From a virus (Duplodnaviria > Heunggongvirae > Uroviricota > Caudoviricetes), in IMG/VR virus record IMGVR_UViG_3300021400_002728, positions 330,267 to 394,266 of that record: 64,000 nt of DNA; one strand, written 5' to 3'. Below, one piece after another: positions 62,624-64,000 of the stretch; position 1 is the first letter of the stretch; every line of letters begins with the position of its first letter. The notes beneath the pieces are model-generated. The model searched no databases. It saw nothing but the letters and a program-made list of their open reading frames with translations, and was not told the origin of the DNA. Made by a program: the position numbers and the translations under genes.

Positions 62624-62979
62624 TAATGCTTTTTATCTAAAAAACTTACACGTCTGATAAAATATTCAATGTCATAATTACCAAGATTTTCAGAAATGTA
62701 GAAAATATCTTCATCCTGATCAGTATCTTCTACTTCCCAAGTAAGAGGATCATTGTAGATTTCTTCCATAGCTTCCTTAACATACTCAACTCCCTTAGAA
62801 GTTTTGAATGTATCAATAGCAAGCTTAAGGTGTGCTTTAACTGCAGCAATTGCCTCAACGGGATTTTCAAACAATCTATAATCATAATTAAGACCTTTAT
62901 ACAATTCTACATAAAAGTCCTTATCTTGATTAATCTTAAAATAAGCAAGATAATAAGCATCTTTTCTATTTGTCTGCAT
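62623..62979 (-). CDS. Hypothetical protein
   Basis: Part of an overlapping chain of ORFs. Confidence 0.6.
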   Translation of the reverse strand: MQTNRKDAYYLAYFKINQDKDFYVELYKGLNYDYRLFENPVEAIAAVKAHLKLAIDTFKTSKGVEYVKEAMEEIYNDPLTWEVEDTDQDEDIFYISENLGNYDIEYFIRRVSFLDKKH

Positions 62980-63172
62980 TTTTCATATTCTCCCTTACAA
63001 TATTGTAAATGTCTATAATTTGTCTTATCATAACTAATATACCACAAATAGCAAAATCCACTGATAATATACAAGTTAGATAATCGTGTACAGTTGCAGT
63101 TAAGTATGCACCTAGAAACATTAGTACTGAAAATAACATACTGACTTCAAGTATAATGATCTTTTTAAGCAT
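62966..63172 (-). CDS. Small 2-TM protein
   Basis: Two hydrophobic segments; overlaps both neighbours. Confidence 0.5.
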   Translation of the reverse strand: MLKKIIILEVSMLFSVLMFLGAYLTATVHDYLTCILSVDFAICGILVMIRQIIDIYNIVRENMKNADK

Positions 63173-63638
63173 TCTTACCTACCTTTTCAATAGTACCTTT
63201 TATTAATTCTCTAAGATCATGATAAATAGGTGTTGGGTTGAAGCGCTCATACATTAGTCCTATATAGTTATTTTTAGGCGCATCTACTGGATAACCTAAC
63301 ATAACATTTTCAGGACAAAGTGTAATATATCTTCCAAATTCAACATTTGTGGTGAATCCTGGAAGTAAATCTAAATCTCTAGGAATCCAAAATAGAATGA
63401 CTTTACTACTTTCAAGTCTATCCCATTCCCAATATGCAGTCTTTCTAAGGCTGTCTGGAAATACTCCAGTTTTAGATTCTGGAATATAAAGATTACCATC
63501 AAATCCTAATTCTTCAAAGATCTTAACTGCCTCATATCTCCAAGATTCTTCAAATTTGCCATTTCTAATAGTAGGACCAGCTAAAAATATAGAAGGCAAA
63601 TTTGATAAATATATGTCTTCATAAAATGATGCTGTCAT
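63165..63638 (-). CDS. Nucleoside 2-deoxyribosyltransferase-like protein
   Basis: IFLAGP...SWR...WEWDRL...VILFW...LPGFTTNVEFG. Confidence 0.8.
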   Translation of the reverse strand: MTASFYEDIYLSNLPSIFLAGPTIRNGKFEESWRYEAVKIFEELGFDGNLYIPESKTGVFPDSLRKTAYWEWDRLESSKVILFWIPRDLDLLPGFTTNVEFGRYITLCPENVMLGYPVDAPKNNYIGLMYERFNPTPIYHDLRELIKGTIEKVGKNA

Positions 63639-64000
63639 AGTGTTCCTTTATCATATCTTCTGTGTAATTTGTTTATATATCTTCTATTTTTAAGTACAGT
63701 TTCAATACCATGCTTATTCATAGTATTAAATAATGTATCAATTAGTTTAAATGTATCTTCATGCATTTTGAATATAACTAATTGACGTTTATTCTGCCAC
63801 CATTCATATTCAGCTTCTATAGAGAATTTATCACCATAGTAAGCTCTACCAGCACCTAAGTAATCACACATCATTTCAAGTGCATATCTGAAAGGCATTT
63901 TCTTAGGAATAAATCCTTTTTCAAAATCATCCATCCAGTATTCCCAATGATGTTTATTACGACCTCTATGATGAAACCATGCCATAGAATAACCATTTTC
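63635..64000 (-). CDS. DUF5662-like HD-type protein, 5' truncated by the window edge
   Basis: WFHHRGRNKHHWEYW...MPFRYALEMMCDYLGA; frame is open to base 64000. Confidence 0.65.
   Translation of the reverse strand, partial: ENGYSMAWFHHRGRNKHHWEYWMDDFEKGFIPKKMPFRYALEMMCDYLGAGRAYYGDKFSIEAEYEWWQNKRQLVIFKMHEDTFKLIDTLFNTMNKHGIETVLKNRRYINKLHRRYDKGTL

Noticed and set aside
4-63018. All plus-strand ORFs in the track (e.g. 2711-3499, 24949-25569, 32101-32757)
   Set aside because: They are antisense shadows of long minus-strand genes, with no recognisable SD or protein motifs.
1-64000. CRISPR array, canonical tRNA/rRNA, IS/transposase, integrase, virion genes, iteron array
   Set aside because: None seen; the repeats found are coding low-complexity tracts or promoter copies.

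Overview
AT-rich window (roughly 30% GC by eye) in which every credible gene over 64 kb lies on the minus strand. It looks like part of a very large conjugative extrachromosomal element of a Bacillota (probably Clostridia) host; the host assignment is inferred from SD sites, sigma-A promoters, lipoboxes and a sortase-type anchor. It carries a dispersed, atypical Gram-positive transfer system: a MOBC/Replic_Relax-like relaxase, TcpC-, TcpD/VirB2-, TcpE/VirB3- and three VirB6-like proteins (one fused to a lysozyme domain), a VirB4-like N-terminal half with no ATPase motifs, a PilT/DotB-type ATPase, a MinD/ParA ATPase next to a DivIVA-like protein, a signal peptidase and a 4367-aa S8/SpaA/VaFE adhesin. 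Phage-like cargo includes a CCA-adding enzyme, SbcC, SbcD, SSB, a GIY-YIG nuclease and an NDT-like protein, plus a chemoreceptor and lipoproteins. The non-coding signals are the most novel. (1) A single-orientation box, GAAGAGCTATTTAATWWTA, occurs 10 times in front of transfer and ssDNA genes. (2) Eleven near-consensus sigma-A promoters share ACTATTTACA-N17-TATAAT. (3) Terminators or alternative hairpins lie in the leaders of several box-associated genes. (4) A promoter hub at 31.6-33.4 kb has orphan promoters each followed by a hairpin with a TACCC loop. (5) A tRNA-like minihelix lies at 54.7 kb. Two tandem paralogue families are also present. All family calls come from motif recognition by eye; no database search was run.
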